From Rhynchobatus australiae (taxonomy: Eukaryota), in contig JAUZTB010000027.1 in assembly GCA_034780895.1 (NCBI GenBank), forward strand, positions 15,456,569-15,520,568: a DNA stretch of 64,000 nucleotides, given 5' to 3'. The notes under the pieces are model-generated. The model had not been told where the DNA came from, did not search any database, and saw nothing but the letters and a program-made list of their open reading frames with translations. Positions 41,150 to 54,492 of this stretch are shown here, piece by piece. The translations under genes were made by a program, and so were the position numbers. How positions within the stretch are numbered: the stretch's first letter is position 1; every line of letters begins with the position of its first letter.

Positions 41150-41885
41150 GGTGAGTGAGCTTCCAGTCATATTTTACTTGAGGTATCCATCCCATTCTGA
41201 CCTCTGTCTTTGGCCTCCGACATTGTTCCAACAAAGCTCAATTTAAGCTTAACGTACAGCACCTCAATTCCTGACTAGTTACATTTCAGTCTTCAGGACT
41301 CGATATTGAATTTAAAGATTTCAGATAATCAGTCATTTCAGTCTGGTATCTCACATCTGCACCACGTGTTTTTGTTCCCTCACTCCTCTTCTGGTATTTC
41401 AGATTTAAATCATCTCTCTTCTAGTTACACCTCCCCCTCACAAAACTTCCATTCTTTACTAGTCTTTCCCACATACTTTCACGTGCTACCACCACCACTT
41501 GCATCCTTTAATCTCTCCTGGTCTCCGTCATTTCTCTCAAGATACAAGAGACTATGATTGCAGGAATCTGGAGCAAAACAAAAACAAACTGCTTGAGGAA
41601 CTCAACAGGTCAGGCAGTGTCTGTGAAGGGAAATACAAGGTCGACATTTCAGGTCGGGGAACTTCATCTGGACTGGTCACTTACCTTTTGTTTTCTCTGT
41701 CTCACTCCCTTTCGCTGCAGCTTAAAACTTGTTTCACTCCTAACTGTTCCCAGTTCTGATGAAAGGTCAAGAATCTGAAAGATTTCTTATTTCTTTCTCG
41801 AGAGATGCTGCCTGATCTGCCGAGTATTTCCACCATTTTGTATTCCTATTTCACATTTTTAGCATCTGCAGTAGTTTGCTTTTGA
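41150..41885 (+). mobile_element. Penelope-like element 3' remnant: degenerate GIY-YIG endonuclease C-terminus plus pseudo-LTR, with an inverted younger copy nested at about 41540-41675
   Basis: Translates LPV...PSHSDLSVFGLRHCSNKAQFKLNVQHLNS*LVTFQSSGLDIEFKDFR* (stop 41326-41328), resembling PLE ORF ends. Followed by a CTGATGA...GAAA repeat at 41756. Confidence 0.7.
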
Positions 41886-42200
41886 ATATGTTAAGGGAAT
41901 TGGGCAAGAGCTCCATAAGAAGTTTGGTCACAAATCAGCCACAAGCTCATTAAATGGGGAAATAGGCTTGAAGAGCTACAGAACATTTTCCTGTTCCTAA
42001 GCCTATATTTATAAAACCATGGATTGTGGATGCTCTTACTGTCAATTTTGTTTAGGCCTCTTCTCATTACATTTCATCTGCCATATATCTACCCATTTCA
42101 CCAGCCTGCTGAAGCTTTCTACTGACCATTAATATATTTCCAGTCCTTGTCATAAAATCTGAAACTATCCACCCACAGACAAGTCCAGGTGTTCCAGATA

Positions 42201-42479
42201 CAGGTGACCCCCACATTATGGCTATTCACATTATGGAAACTTGCCCTTACAGAATTCACAAATCACTACCCAAAAAACTCAAGATACAGAATAAAATTTG
42301 CTCTCATGAGAATTGTGTGAAAAATAAGTAAATAATTCAACATAGTTTCTTCATCACATTTCTTGATGCACGTAAAGATGACACAGCTTTGCCATATGAA
42401 AAATCACGGTATGTACTATTTTCTAGGAATGCAATCCCACATTCCCCCTCCCCACCCCGAAAATGCAGGGGGTTGCCTG
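42201..42479. mobile_element. Tigger/pogo-like MITE
   Basis: Imperfect TIRs CAGGTGACCCCCACATT and AATGCAGGGGGTTGCCTG, TA at the left junction, internal sub-repeats (CACATTATGG x2). Confidence 0.5.
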
Positions 42480-43149
42480 TTTATCCATATGTGCAGTTGT
42501 CCGAAAAGCCACCACTGTAGGGAAGGGGACATCACTGCATACGTTCCTCCAGTCTGTAAAAGATCCATTCACGGCNNNNNNNNNNNNNNNNNNNNNNNNN
42601 NNNNNNNNNNNNNNNNNNNNNNNNNNNNNNNNNNNNNNNNNNNNNNNNNNNNNNNNNNNNNNNNNNNNNNNNNNNAGTATGTAAAAGATCAATTCACGGC
42701 ACTCTGTTCTGTCTTTTAGCCAAGTTCACACTAATGCTGCTACCGCCCCTCGATCCCATGGGCTTTATGGTTTCATTAAAAAAAAGCATAAAATGCAAAT
42801 ATCAACAACACAACTCCTTATAACTCAAGCAAGTTAGCGCCAAATGATACACAATGCCGGATTTATTTGTCCAAAAAAATGAGACTGCTTATTAAGCACA
42901 TTGGCCAATGTTTCTTAGCAAGCAAAATGTTCAGTTGATCCAGTGTAAACTTAATTCAATCTTTTATTTGCAAGGGTGAAACCAGTACACTACATCGTTC
43001 ACATTTGCAGGACCAATGATCCAAGGACCCTGCAGATGCAGATTTGAGGTTAAGGGAAGTCTGGAATATTCACCCTATACAGATGTGTCTAGTTGAGACT
43101 TTAAGTCTTCCACTGAATCTCAAATGGTGGGAAAGTTAATTGGTAAATT

Positions 43150-44100
43150 GTTGTTGGTTGATAAACCATCCCATCGGAATGGAAAATAGCAAAAATAATA
43201 CTCCTATTCAAGAGAAAGGGAAAAAACTTTGGTGATACTTTGGAATGCATTAATAAGGAAATGATAACAGAGCAATTAAGTAAAACATAAAATGATTAAG
43301 AATTAATACTGGCTATGAGAAAGAAATAGTGATTGACAAATTAGGGGCTTCTTAAGGATGTGCTTAGTTGAGCATATAAAGTGTAGCTTGTCTCTATTTA
43401 GATATTTAAAAGACATTTGATAAAGTGCTGTATAAAGCTTTTGCACAAACTAGGGGCTCATGGGTTCAGGAACTCAGGGAATTTATTTACAGATAGAAAA
43501 CAGAAATAAACGAGTCATCTGAAAGTGTTTTAAGTAGTGGAGTACCACAGAAAGCAGTACTGTGGCTCATCTATTCACAATCTGCATCAATGATTTAGAG
43601 GAAGTAACCAATTGTAATGAATCTAGAAATGTTGATATAAAGCTAGGTGGGAACATGTGCTCTAAGTGTCCACAAAGGGAAATAAACAGGTTAAGTTTAT
43701 GGAGAATGTGTCATATAGAATGCAATGTGGGCAAATATGAGATTTTCCTCATTGATAGATAAAACAAAAGATTTTTCAAATGAAGAGCAACAAATAAATG
43801 TTAATACTCAGAGATTGACTGTTCCTGTACGTGAATCACAGAGTCAGAATTCAGGTGTAGCAAACAACTACAAGTTAACATTGTGTTGACCTTTGTTGCA
43901 AGGTCAGGGTAAAAGAACTTGGAAATCCTGCTACAGTTCTTCAGGGCCTTGGAGAGACGACACATGAAGTACTACATGTACTACGTGTGGTATCCCTATC
44001 TCAGGAAGGACCTGCTTGCCTCGTAAGCTGTGCAGCAGAATTTACCAGATTGATTGCGGGCTTGAGAGGGCTATCCAATGAGTAGAATGGGTTTATACTC
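43150..44100 (+). mobile_element. Highly degenerate CR1 reverse transcriptase fragment
   Basis: Remnants such as YLDI.KTFDKV, SGVPQ, LFTICINDLE, with many stops. Confidence 0.65.
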
Positions 44101-44444
44101 TCTCGAAAGCAGATTACAGGCTGTAGTTGTAGCAAACCCCATTGTGGTTTTACAGCACTTAATAGGAGTGCACCAGTAGCCAATGAACAGGATATGAAAG
44201 GACACAAGACTTGATTACAAAATTTGGCCTGTGAGCTTGGGGAAGATAGAAAGGATGAAGATCAACTTCAACTTCAACATCAACTTCATTTTAAGTTTTC
44301 ACCAACTACATCTTTTGTTTGCTAATCTTTAAACCAACTTAACATTTGGGATATTCTATTTCTTTTAATCCATCACCACAGGAAAGGGGTGTCAATAGCA
44401 AGGTCAGAATTTATTGCCCTTGAGATGATGGCAAGTCACCTTCT

Positions 44445-44687
44445 TAAGAATAAGATGTCTTTATTAGTCACATGTACATCGAAACACACAGTAAAATGCA
44501 TCTTTTGCGTAGAGTGTGCTGGGGCCACCACGCTTCCGGCGCCAACACTGCATGCCCACAACTTCCTAACCCATACGTTTTTGGAATGTGGGAGGAAACT
44601 GGGGCACCTGGAGGAAACTCAAGCAGACACGGGGAGAACATACAAACTCCTTACAGACAGTGGTGGGAATTGAACCCGGGTCGCTGG
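44445..44687 (-). mobile_element. tRNA-derived V-SINE (HE1-like), truncated by a gap
   Basis: Minus strand B box GGTTCAATTCC, then GGAGTTTGTATGTTCTCCCCGTG...TTTCCTCCCACATTCC. Confidence 0.75.
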
Positions 44688-45353
44688 NNNNNNNNNNNNN
44701 NNNNNNNNNNNNNNNNNNNNNNNNNNNNNNNNNNNNNNNNNNNNNNNNNNNNNNNNNNNNNNNNNNNNNNNNNNNNNNNNNNNNNNNNNNNNNNNNNNNN
44801 NNNNNNNNNNNNNNNNNNNNNNNNNNNNNNNNNNNNNNNNNNNNNNNNNNNNNNNNNNNNNNNNNNNNNNNNNNNNNNNNNNNNNNNNNNNNNNNNNNNN
44901 NNNNNNNNNNNNNNNNNNNNNNNNNNNNNNNNNNNNNNNNNNNNNNNNNNNNNNNNNNNNNNNNNNNNNNNNNNNNNNNNNNNNNNNNNNNNNNNNNNNN
45001 NNNNNNNNNNNNNNNNNNNNNNNNNNNNNNNNNNNNNNNNNNNNNNNNNNNNNNNNNNNNNNNNNNNNNNNNNNNNNNNNNNNNNNNNNNNNNNNNNNNN
45101 NNNNNNNNNNNNNNNNNNNNNNNNNNNNNNNNNNNNNNNNNNNNNNNNNNNNNNNNNNNNNNNNNNNNNNNNNNNNNNNNNNNNNNNNNNNNNNNNNNNN
45201 NNNNNNNNNNNNNNNNNNNNNNNNNNNNNNNNNNNNNNNNNNNNNNNNNNNNNNNNNNNNNNNCCCAACCTGGATCCACTGATCACCCACCAGCTCCTGC
45301 TCCACCCCTTCACCCAACTTGTTTTAAAATATATACTGGCTCCCCCCTCTTTC

Positions 45354-45391
45354 CAGTCCTGATGAAGGGTCTCAACCTGAAATGTCGACTG
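45354..45391 (+). ncRNA. Minimal type-I hammerhead ribozyme motif in a Penelope-derived repeat (about 45265-45487)
   Basis: CAGTC-CTGATGA-A-GGGT(CTCA)ACCT-GAAAT-GTC-GACTG. Confidence 0.65.
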
Positions 45392-45534
45392 TCCATCCCT
45401 CTCCATAGATATTGCCTGACCCGCTGAGGTCCTCCAGCACTTTTGTATGTTGTTCCTGATTTCCAGCATTTGCAGTCTCTTGTGTCCCCACCTAGAATAC
45501 AGTGGTTTTGATTCACTTGTATAAAATTGTAGTA

Positions 45535-46000
45535 CCATTGGAGGCAGTCCATAGGAGATTCTCCAGGCTATGTCCTGGGTTAAGCGGGTTGACCCACGAA
45601 GAGACTAGACATTTTGAGTCTCTATTCCTTGGAGTTTAGGTGACCTTATTCAAACATTTAAGATCCTAAAGGAGTTTGCCAGGCTGGATATTGAGATGTA
45701 TTCTCTAGTGGGAGAGTTATGAACAAAGGGGCATAGCTACAAAATACAGAGCTGGTCATGTAATACTGAGGTGCATAGCAACTTCTCATAGGGCAGTGAA
45801 TCTCTGGTATTCTCTGTCCTGAGGCTGGTGGAGGCCAGATCATTAGGTACATTTAAGGTGGAAATAGATAGTTGAAAGATTGAGGAATTGAGGGTTATGG
45901 GGAACTGGCAGAACAGGAATTGTGGGCTGCATAATCAGCCACGATGATGTGAAATGGTGGATCAGGATTGAGGGGCTTGTCCTATTTTTTTGTGTTCTTA
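45535..46000 (+). mobile_element. CR1 LINE 3' fragment
   Basis: LEAVHRRFSRL...RAVNLW motifs and a CR1-like tail. Confidence 0.65.
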
Positions 46001-47277
46001 TAGGCCTATTATTTCAGATTGTGACAAAAGCTGAACAGCTCAACTCGCTGGCTCTTGGAATCTTTGTAGAAATTTATCAAAAGTAAATTAGCGTACACTT
46101 AGACAAACCTGAACACTATCTGGTGTTTATATATAATTAATGGTTAAGAACACCAAGCATCTAACATTGTATTTATGTAAATGTCACATTGCTCAGCAAG
46201 ATAATGGCGTAGCGCATTTATGGAGCAGGGCAACTCAGAATGCACCATCCCCATTCCAGCTGCAACCTGTNNNNNNNNNNNNNNNNNNNNNNNNNNNNNN
46301 NNNNNNNNNNNNNNNNNNNNNNNNNNNNNNNNNNNNNNNNNNNNNNNNNNNNNNNNNNNNNNNNNNNNNNCCCTGAAGCAGTTCAATTCAACCTTCCATA
46401 ACAGCAAGTGGCCTCCGTAATCCTCATTGAAAATATGATGCAGTGGATTTGGCAAATTAATTCTCAATAATGTAGTTGCTGAAATAAGCATTTCAACTCA
46501 TTCGTCCCTGTGAAATTTTATCTAACCGCATTGGTTTAAAACAGGCTAAATCAGAATCTCCCTCATCTTCCAGCTTATCTTTAAAGTCAGAATGGAAACT
46601 ATGAAGGAATCAGACCTAATTACAAAATTTGGCTACTGGAAAAGATACATTTCTATAACTAGTTTAATTCAGAGCAATTTGTTGTTTCCTGAAGAACTGG
46701 CTTCTGTGCTGTACAGCCAACTCAAACATTGTACTGAGAACTGTAAGCCAATTATGTTAGTTTTATGAATGAAGTTCATCTGGTGTCACCAATAATTATG
46801 CTCCATGCACAGGCTGGCAGCTGCCTATCAGACAGTATGTTTAATTAATCTGCCAGAATAAAGTAAGCAAAGCATAAAAATAAACAGGTGTCTCTCCCCC
46901 CCACCCCCAAGTAACGCAATGCCACTGGGCTGCCCAAAGCTACTTAAGCAAACCAATGCTGTGGAGTTGGTTTTGTGGTACAGGACTAGGGTCAAAATGG
47001 AGATTTCAAGTTTTATCAGCTGCTTCCCCAAGTGGGAAAGTTTCAGAAACTTCTTGCCCATGTCAATAGGTAAAGCCGATCTGGTACCATAATGAATCAC
47101 CCAGAACTGTGAGATAAAAGAGTACATTTTTAGTTCAGCAATCTGATCATTCTTCCCACATGATAAATTAAGTATAGACTATAGTAGCAAGTTAATAATA
47201 AAAGAGCATACATTTCTTGCTATTAATATTATAAACTTCTTTGAATCAACAGTTTAATATTAGTTCATGGAAATCCA

Positions 47278-47530
47278 AACAAAACCGCAGATGCTGGAAA
47301 TCTGAAATAAAAACAGAAAATGTTGAAAACATTCAGGTCAGGCAGCATCTATGAAAAGAGAAACAGCTTGTGCTTCAGGCTGAAGACCCTTTGTCGGAAC
47401 TGCAAAAGAGGAAGAAAAAGGTTAATTTTAAGTTGCAGAGAAGCTAGGGAAGATGGGTAAAATAAAACATCTGTTAAACCTCTCTAAAGGTGTTGCCTGA
47501 AATGCTGAGTGCTTCCGGCATTTTGTTTTT
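47278..47530. mobile_element. Penelope-derived inverted-arm repeat (degenerate)
   Basis: GCAGATGCTGGAAATCTGAAATAAAAACAGAAAATG... and an inverted partner GCCTGAAATGCTGAGTGCTTCCGGCATTTTG. Confidence 0.6.
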
Positions 47531-47619
47531 AGGTTTTGACTAGTCGATCTTCAGATTTAATATTAACCACACACTTTAACCCAAGAAAGGAGTTTTTATA
47601 AAAAAAAGTTGCAACTGAA

Positions 47620-49513
47620 TTTATTGTAACATTTGCAGGATTTAAGTGTTCAGATAGCAAGCAACAGATACTGTGCAAATTTGGAACTTCTTTGCCATTA
47701 TTCAGATAAATAAAGCACATTACACAAATGAAGACTTGAGCATAAAATATAGAGACAAACACCTTAGTAAAATAGATTACACGCTACAATGTTCCATAGT
47801 AATAGACTTTTATTCAAGGTAGTTTCTTCTGCAAGACAACAAATTAACTTGTAAGATCAAGTTCACAGAATCTAAAAGCAAATCATTTGGTTACCACGCA
47901 AGTATAGTTCTTAAAAAGCTCTGAAAATATCTCACATTAAAATGTCAACCATGTTTGGTCATCTAAGAATGGATCTCATAGTAGTGGGGAAAGTTTTTAT
48001 TAGGGAATGCACAAGTTAGAGATTTCAATGACTGAATACATAAAAAGGTCAGGAAAATAAATCTTTGCATATAGGAACTAAACAGGTCTTTAAGCTAAAG
48101 TTGCAGATATCTTAATCAATCCCTGACAACCAAATATGGAAAAAGGTTTTAAAAACAGAGACCAATCCCCAACACCAGCCACCTTCCATACCAACAGAAA
48201 ACCTATATCATCAATACTAATAACAAAGTATATGCCATGGTCTAATGGCTCAGAAATTTAATTTCTTTCGGCAGTAAAATGAATCCAGTTCATTAAAAAA
48301 AATGTAATTACATTTTATTTCAACTGTTAATCATGGAAAGTATGGCAAAAATGAGGACTTGTTTTGGATAAGACAATTACTAGCTTATTGGACAGGTGGT
48401 AACAATTCGCTGACCCAAACAAGCAGCCCATATGACTGTCATGTGAGCAAGTTGGTAAAAATTTATATAGCGGTTGTGCGGCAATCAATAGTGGAATGAG
48501 TTGCCAGTTAACTGCTAGTTTGTAAGAATGTTACAATAAGCAAACAAAAACTGTATTTCCTAAGAATCAGAATATTTCATAGGGAAGTGTTACTCTTTTG
48601 TTACAGCTCTGTGACAAATTAAAAACCAAAGTCAACTTATCTGATGTTTCTGAAAGAATAACTATCTTATAATTCTAGAACTAGAGGTCTTGAAGTTCAC
48701 CATTTTCTGAATATCAGTACAGAGAAGTTGAAAAAAAGTTCTTAAATCAATGTTCCATTGTGACTGTGCACCCAATGCAGGTCCCAAACAGTTATTTGAA
48801 GAGCTTGTGATGAATTTATTAACTGATGGGCAAATAAAGCTCAAATTTTCTATAAATATCACTAAATTGTGTACAGTTCCATTTCAACAATTAGAGAAGA
48901 GCAAAACCACAGAAAGTAAACAAAGCCAGACTGAACTGTTAATGGAATTATATCAATCATTTTTTTTTATCAAGTTTCAATTGTGTACACAGAAGCATAA
49001 TTGCAATCAGAAGTCTTTGTAACTGCAGCAAAGTTACGATCACCCATCTATGCAGACTCAACATTTCAACCTCAAATGTGGATTTGCATGTAATTTTGTA
49101 ACATGCAATTTTAAGCTTTTTCATTAAGCATTTTCTTTAAACTGTCAGCATACTAATGCTACTCAACACCCAGTAATCACACGCAAGTTTTTTCTCATCA
49201 AAACACCAAAGCATTCGGCACAATGGAACACTTGTCCCTCCCCCAAAATCATGGGCTGAAGTGTTACCTATTAACAAAAGCAAAAACATTAGCGATTGAT
49301 ATGAATGGAGTTAAATGTTATGAAAGATGTCACATATAGACATAAATCTACAAGATTTGCTGCTGGTGCACATCTCCAGGTTTTTCCCAATTATACTTTA
49401 ATCTGAAATTACTGGAAGTGGATTTGTAAAGTTGCAATGAGGGAGGGGAGGGTTTTTATCTGACAGTTGGTGCTCTGGGAAGCAAGATGCTGGAGCAACA
49501 CAGCAGTGACAGT
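47620..49513 (-). other. USP10: Probable USP10 3' UTR, with candidate AATAAA signals at 48815-48820, 48314-48319, 47809-47814 and 47620-47625
   Basis: Apparently repeat-free AU-rich stretch after the stop codon. The true end is not determinable from sequence. Confidence 0.5.
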
Positions 49514-49709
49514 TCACAGCAGATCAACGCGGCGGTAGTACAGGAGGTAGGCTGTACGTTCAGCAGAGGGCTTCACAACCTGGTACTGATTTATCACTTT
49601 CNNNNNNNNNNGATCTGGTCATCAATGCGCAGCCAGCCATTAAGACCAATGTGGAAGACATCGGTAGTGTAATGTCCACCGGTTGCACTGTTTCCGTGGT
49701 GATAGACAA
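49514..49709 (-). CDS. USP10: USP10 last coding exon: [33 protein letters not shown][gap][28 protein letters not shown]
   Basis: USP His box and the USP10 C-terminus. Acceptor at 49711-49710, TGA at 49516-49514. Interrupted by a 10-N gap at 49602-49611. Confidence 0.96.
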
Positions 49710-52700
49710 CTGAAAAAGAAAGGAAAACGTGGTAGAATACTAAAACCAAATACAACAACCTTCCTTTTAAATAACATTCAGCAACTAATAGCAGTAAATA
49801 TTCCTTTGCTGATACTTTCCACCTCTCACAATTAGTAAACAATTCCCCTTTATGCAAGTGGGTGGGAAACATGAACAAAAGCCCATTCCCACTGAAATGA
49901 TAGAGCATAATTAATTTCAGTTGTAGCTCAGATAAGTATTTATACATGAGAATCCCAGATGTTTGGACAGTAATAGAAATACAGAATATTTCAACAAATG
50001 GAAGAAAACCTCTGCCATCAGCTCACAATATAGAAGTTCCATAGGAAATTAAATTCTGTTCAGCACTGAAGAATATCTTTACATCTTAACATGTCAATAA
50101 TTGGCACATAGAAACCATGAAGAATAATTTTCCAACTAGCTGATTAAATGGAAGTTGTGCAAATCATAACAACTATGCTCACATAGTATATGGTGTTGGT
50201 TTTGGGTTTGATTAACATTTGTTAGTATATACATTATTATATTGTCAGCTCCCCGAGCCCAAAACATCTTTATTCAAGCCAGTTAGTTGTATGCTGGAAT
50301 TGGTGTAGATCATATTAATTATGGGATGTATTCATTACATTACTTACAAATGCTTAGAAAGTCATTTGCAATCACTGTATATCAGTTGTATGGTTTTGAA
50401 CAAAACCCACACCCATATAACCAGGATTTTTGTTTGTCAGAACATGCCAGTTCTGATGTGCAGCCTTTCACCTTAACTCAGTTTTCTCTCTCCACGAACA
50501 CTGCCCGATTTGCAGGGTTTTCTGCCCCTCACAACTCCAGCAGGTTCTTTTCATTATTCTCTCTAATTGCCCTTAACCATTTACCAACTAAACAACACCT
50601 AGGCAATCTTGATCTCCACCCTACGAGACATTCCCTTTGTACTTTCCACAACTTAGGACATATCGGTTTTCACATTTCTCCCATTCTTGCCAGGGTATCA
50701 TTGGCCTGAAATGTTAAAACACATTTCTCTCTCCACAGAAGATGAAAGACTTCTAAGTATTGCCAGTGCTTTGTTTTTATCCCTAACCCCTCTCTTGTCC
50801 CCATGGATAACAACATGCTGGCACTTATAACTATAGTCTAGAAAACAAAAATGCCAAGAATGAAGACATATGTCGCTGAAATTTCTAAATGTTAAAAGGA
50901 GCCTGGTATAATACTTGGTTCAGATCTCTGTTTGAAAAATTCTTACATCTTTTATAACTTTAAAGCATATACTAACAATTGAACAACTACACTGTCAAAT
51001 TTCCTTAAAGTACACATTTCCCTCCTGGTTACCAGACATTATAATTGGCATTACATAGAAGCATCTGAACTGAAAATGTTGCAAATCAATGGCTCAACCA
51101 ACACCTGAACAAATTTCTTTTGGGGACAGGAATACACCAGTTATTTTAAAAAGTGAAAGCTATAATTTCAAATGTTAATAAAAGTGAAAAACTTAAGATC
51201 TTATTCATTCAATCACTTCTGGTTAAATACTATTTTGGTCTACACAGTTGATTGTACTCAAAGAATCGTTTGTACAACATTTTATCCTGTTGTCCCAAAG
51301 CAGTTCATTGCAATACTATTTGTAAAGTGAAGACATTGGTAATTGTTTTGGCCAATTCATGCATGGGAAGATTCCAAAAACAATAAATGAAATGATCACA
51401 TTGTGCTTTTTAATTTTTTTAAAGCAATTACTTCATAACAAAAAAAGCCAGGTGACCTAACAAGAACTAGTTAGATTATTTCAACGTTTGTACATTTGCT
51501 TAGATTTGACCTACTGGTGGTTAAGATTTACCCTGGCTGTTGAGCATCGCAGCAGTTACACTACCAGTCTGCCTGTACATTTACTTTTTAAATTGCTGTA
51601 AATGAAGAATTTAATGGGCACCAGTATGGTGGTATTACCCATGTCCAAACCACCTTGCAGACAGTTTGCATGTTGGATCACCGTATTTAAAGTCAGACAT
51701 GCAAACATTTTAAAAATTATGTACGAACTTTCCCACAAAGTTTAACCTTTTTGCTTAAATGGAAGACACCTCAAAATAATTTGAAAATGCTCCAAATATA
51801 GCCAACCACATTTCTAACACTATTCTATTAGCAGTCTTCAAAAAAAAGACAAACCACCAAAGGGATAGAAGAAACTAATAATCATTCAGCAGATACACAA
51901 GAAGTGGTAATTTAATGAAATGACTTGAGTGAGATCAAACTCCAATTAGTTGCAGTGGCAAATATAACATGGGTATAGTTTTCACAGGTTTTTACTTTCA
52001 TGGATTTAAACAGTTACACAGCAGCTGAAATTAATGCAAAGACCAAATAGACCACTGACTCACCCCAGAAGCCAACACTGATTTACAAATTCATGACAAT
52101 TCCATAGCAACCAGTGGCTATGATGACGCACATGGGAGATAGAGTTCTGTACTAAAGCGAAGTACTGTTTTTTTCACTGTGGTTTGGAGAGTTTACAGGA
52201 CACTTTATCCCTTCTTATAAAACTGTAATAACATTCCATGGACACCAAAAAAGACATTTAAAGGTAAAGATCACCCTTTTGTGAAATAAAAGGTCATCTG
52301 TAGCTCATCAGATTTGCATTCGGGTATTTTTACTTCCAAATAAATTCAGCCAACTGTACATTTTAACAATAAAAAGTTGTTTGCTGATTCCACTGAGCCA
52401 CTGCATGAAAATACTAAAGTCACCATTCACCGTGAACTCTTTCTCCTGATATCCAAATAAAGCTTGAGCTAAACATTAAGATAAAGTATCCTTTGTTCAC
52501 TAAATAATTCTAAACATTTAACACTGCAAGGGATAACCCATTTCACATTACGACCTCACAGTTCCAGCATTTTTCCTTTTCCTACTGTCTCTCTGTATAC
52601 AACTCCTCCAGACAGATTAGCTGCCAACAAGTTTTAATCAACCTGTCATCCACATTGTTATTCTTCTGATCACTTTTGCTCTCCCCGCCCTTCCTCCTTA

Positions 52701-54492
52701 ACTGCAATTTAAGGCATGCCCATTGTCTAAATTTTCCTAGTTTTGAAGACCATCTGAAACATTATCTGTTTCTCGATCAACAGATGCTGTCCAACCTGAT
52801 AAGTTTTTCCAGCATTTTCTACTCCTGCCCTCCATCACATTTCATGAAGTACTAACACTGAACAAACAGAGTGCCAGGACTAGTGCCTAATCTTTACTGA
52901 ATTAAGGCTTCCACAGGGATGTTACCATTGGGCTTATAAGAGACAAGTGGAATAAAATTACCCATTCTACATTACAATCCAATAACTACTGCTGGAAGGC
53001 CATATGCTTGATGGGTGCTGCAGGCAATGGATTTCTATGATTAAGCAGTCTTCTGCACTTTGATTGCTCTCTTACATACAGAAAACTGATATGGCAATTA
53101 GAAGTGTACTAATCTATTGGAAACCAAATCCCAGCAAAGCTCACACAACTAAAGGATAAAGCTGCAGGGAAGCCAATTAATAGGCAGGAGATTGGACCTT
53201 TAATGGTATAGTTTTAAAATTTAGTTTTAATTAATTTTACAGTATGATGAAATTACAAGGGCTCAGCTCTAGAAACCATTTATTAAATGTAAATATGATT
53301 CATCAGTTTCTTCCTCATCAACATCAATTTCTTCTTAAAAATATGCAATTAAAAGTGTATTTTGGAGAGGTGGAGATGCCCTTCTTTCTCCAAGTAGGCA
53401 TTACCTTTACCTTCCTATTATTGTATTAATACTCATCAATAGACCTCCTCAATCCCCTCCCTCCTACAGATCATCTGCCCCAACCACACCATAGCTTGAA
53501 ACCCCTCCCCCCCACAAATCACAGACATACTGCCTCTCAACTCCCAAATCATGGATGGAGCAAATTCAGCTGCACACAGTTATGTGCCTCAATTGGATCA
53601 GAATATTGGATGCCCTGCAATGGGCCAGTCCAACAGGAATCATTGCCTGAAATTTGGGTGTCCTTGATTTAAGCCACAGAGGCCCCACAAAGGAATCCTT
53701 GGAATCAGAAATCAGTTCATCAGTCATATATTTGTCTGTATTATTACATTGCTGGATGGTTTGTGCCCATCAACTAGAAAAGTATTTCTGGGATGTTAGA
53801 CTTTGAGATGACAGAACCAGAGATTTTATATTTGAAGAACTCCGAGTAAAATACTTACAAAAGACCAACTCATGCAATGATGCTTGAAATCCAGTGTTAT
53901 ATGAAGTCAAATGTTGAGTGCAAAGAAAACCTTCTTGAACATATGACAATTTCTAAACTATGATGTTTAAAAGGCATACAAAATTTGCTTATTCATACGA
54001 GTACAACCCCTTCCCGATAAAGATAAGATATTACAGCATGTAAAGCTCCCAGCATTTTTGCAATCTTTACTGGTAAATGCCATATGCATGTCATCTTGTT
54101 CCAGTAAACATCCCTATTGTGGACTACAGATGGAACCAGGATCACACTTGCTTATTTAGACTGAGGGAAAACTCCTAAATTCATTGTAGAAATAATCTAT
54201 TATCATTAATAAATTTTATCTGATTTATCAAAGCAACCATAAAAATCATTTCATGCAAACTGATAATGCAATTAAAATAATTACATTTGACCAGGTCTTT
54301 CAGATTTTAGAAAAATTAAAGATATACTTCAGTACAATATTATGCATTCTGTAATGCAGACTGCTGTTGTAAACGTTTACAAATAGTTTCTCAAAGAAAA
54401 TTTCCAGCAAGCTACAAATTCTGTGGTTGTGAAGACTCAACGATCTAAAATAGTAAATCCAATAGTTTAACTACTTTCCTTGAAAAGCAAAG

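Noticed and set aside
44660-44687. tRNA gene (B-box GGTTCAATTCC)
   Set aside because: It is the tRNA-derived head of a SINE, continuous with the V-SINE body.
44472-45538. Long ORFs of 232-296 aa in the track (also those at about 6.6, 9.8, 16.4, 22.8, 42.4, 46.1 and 57.1 kb)
   Set aside because: They are open only because they run through N gaps.
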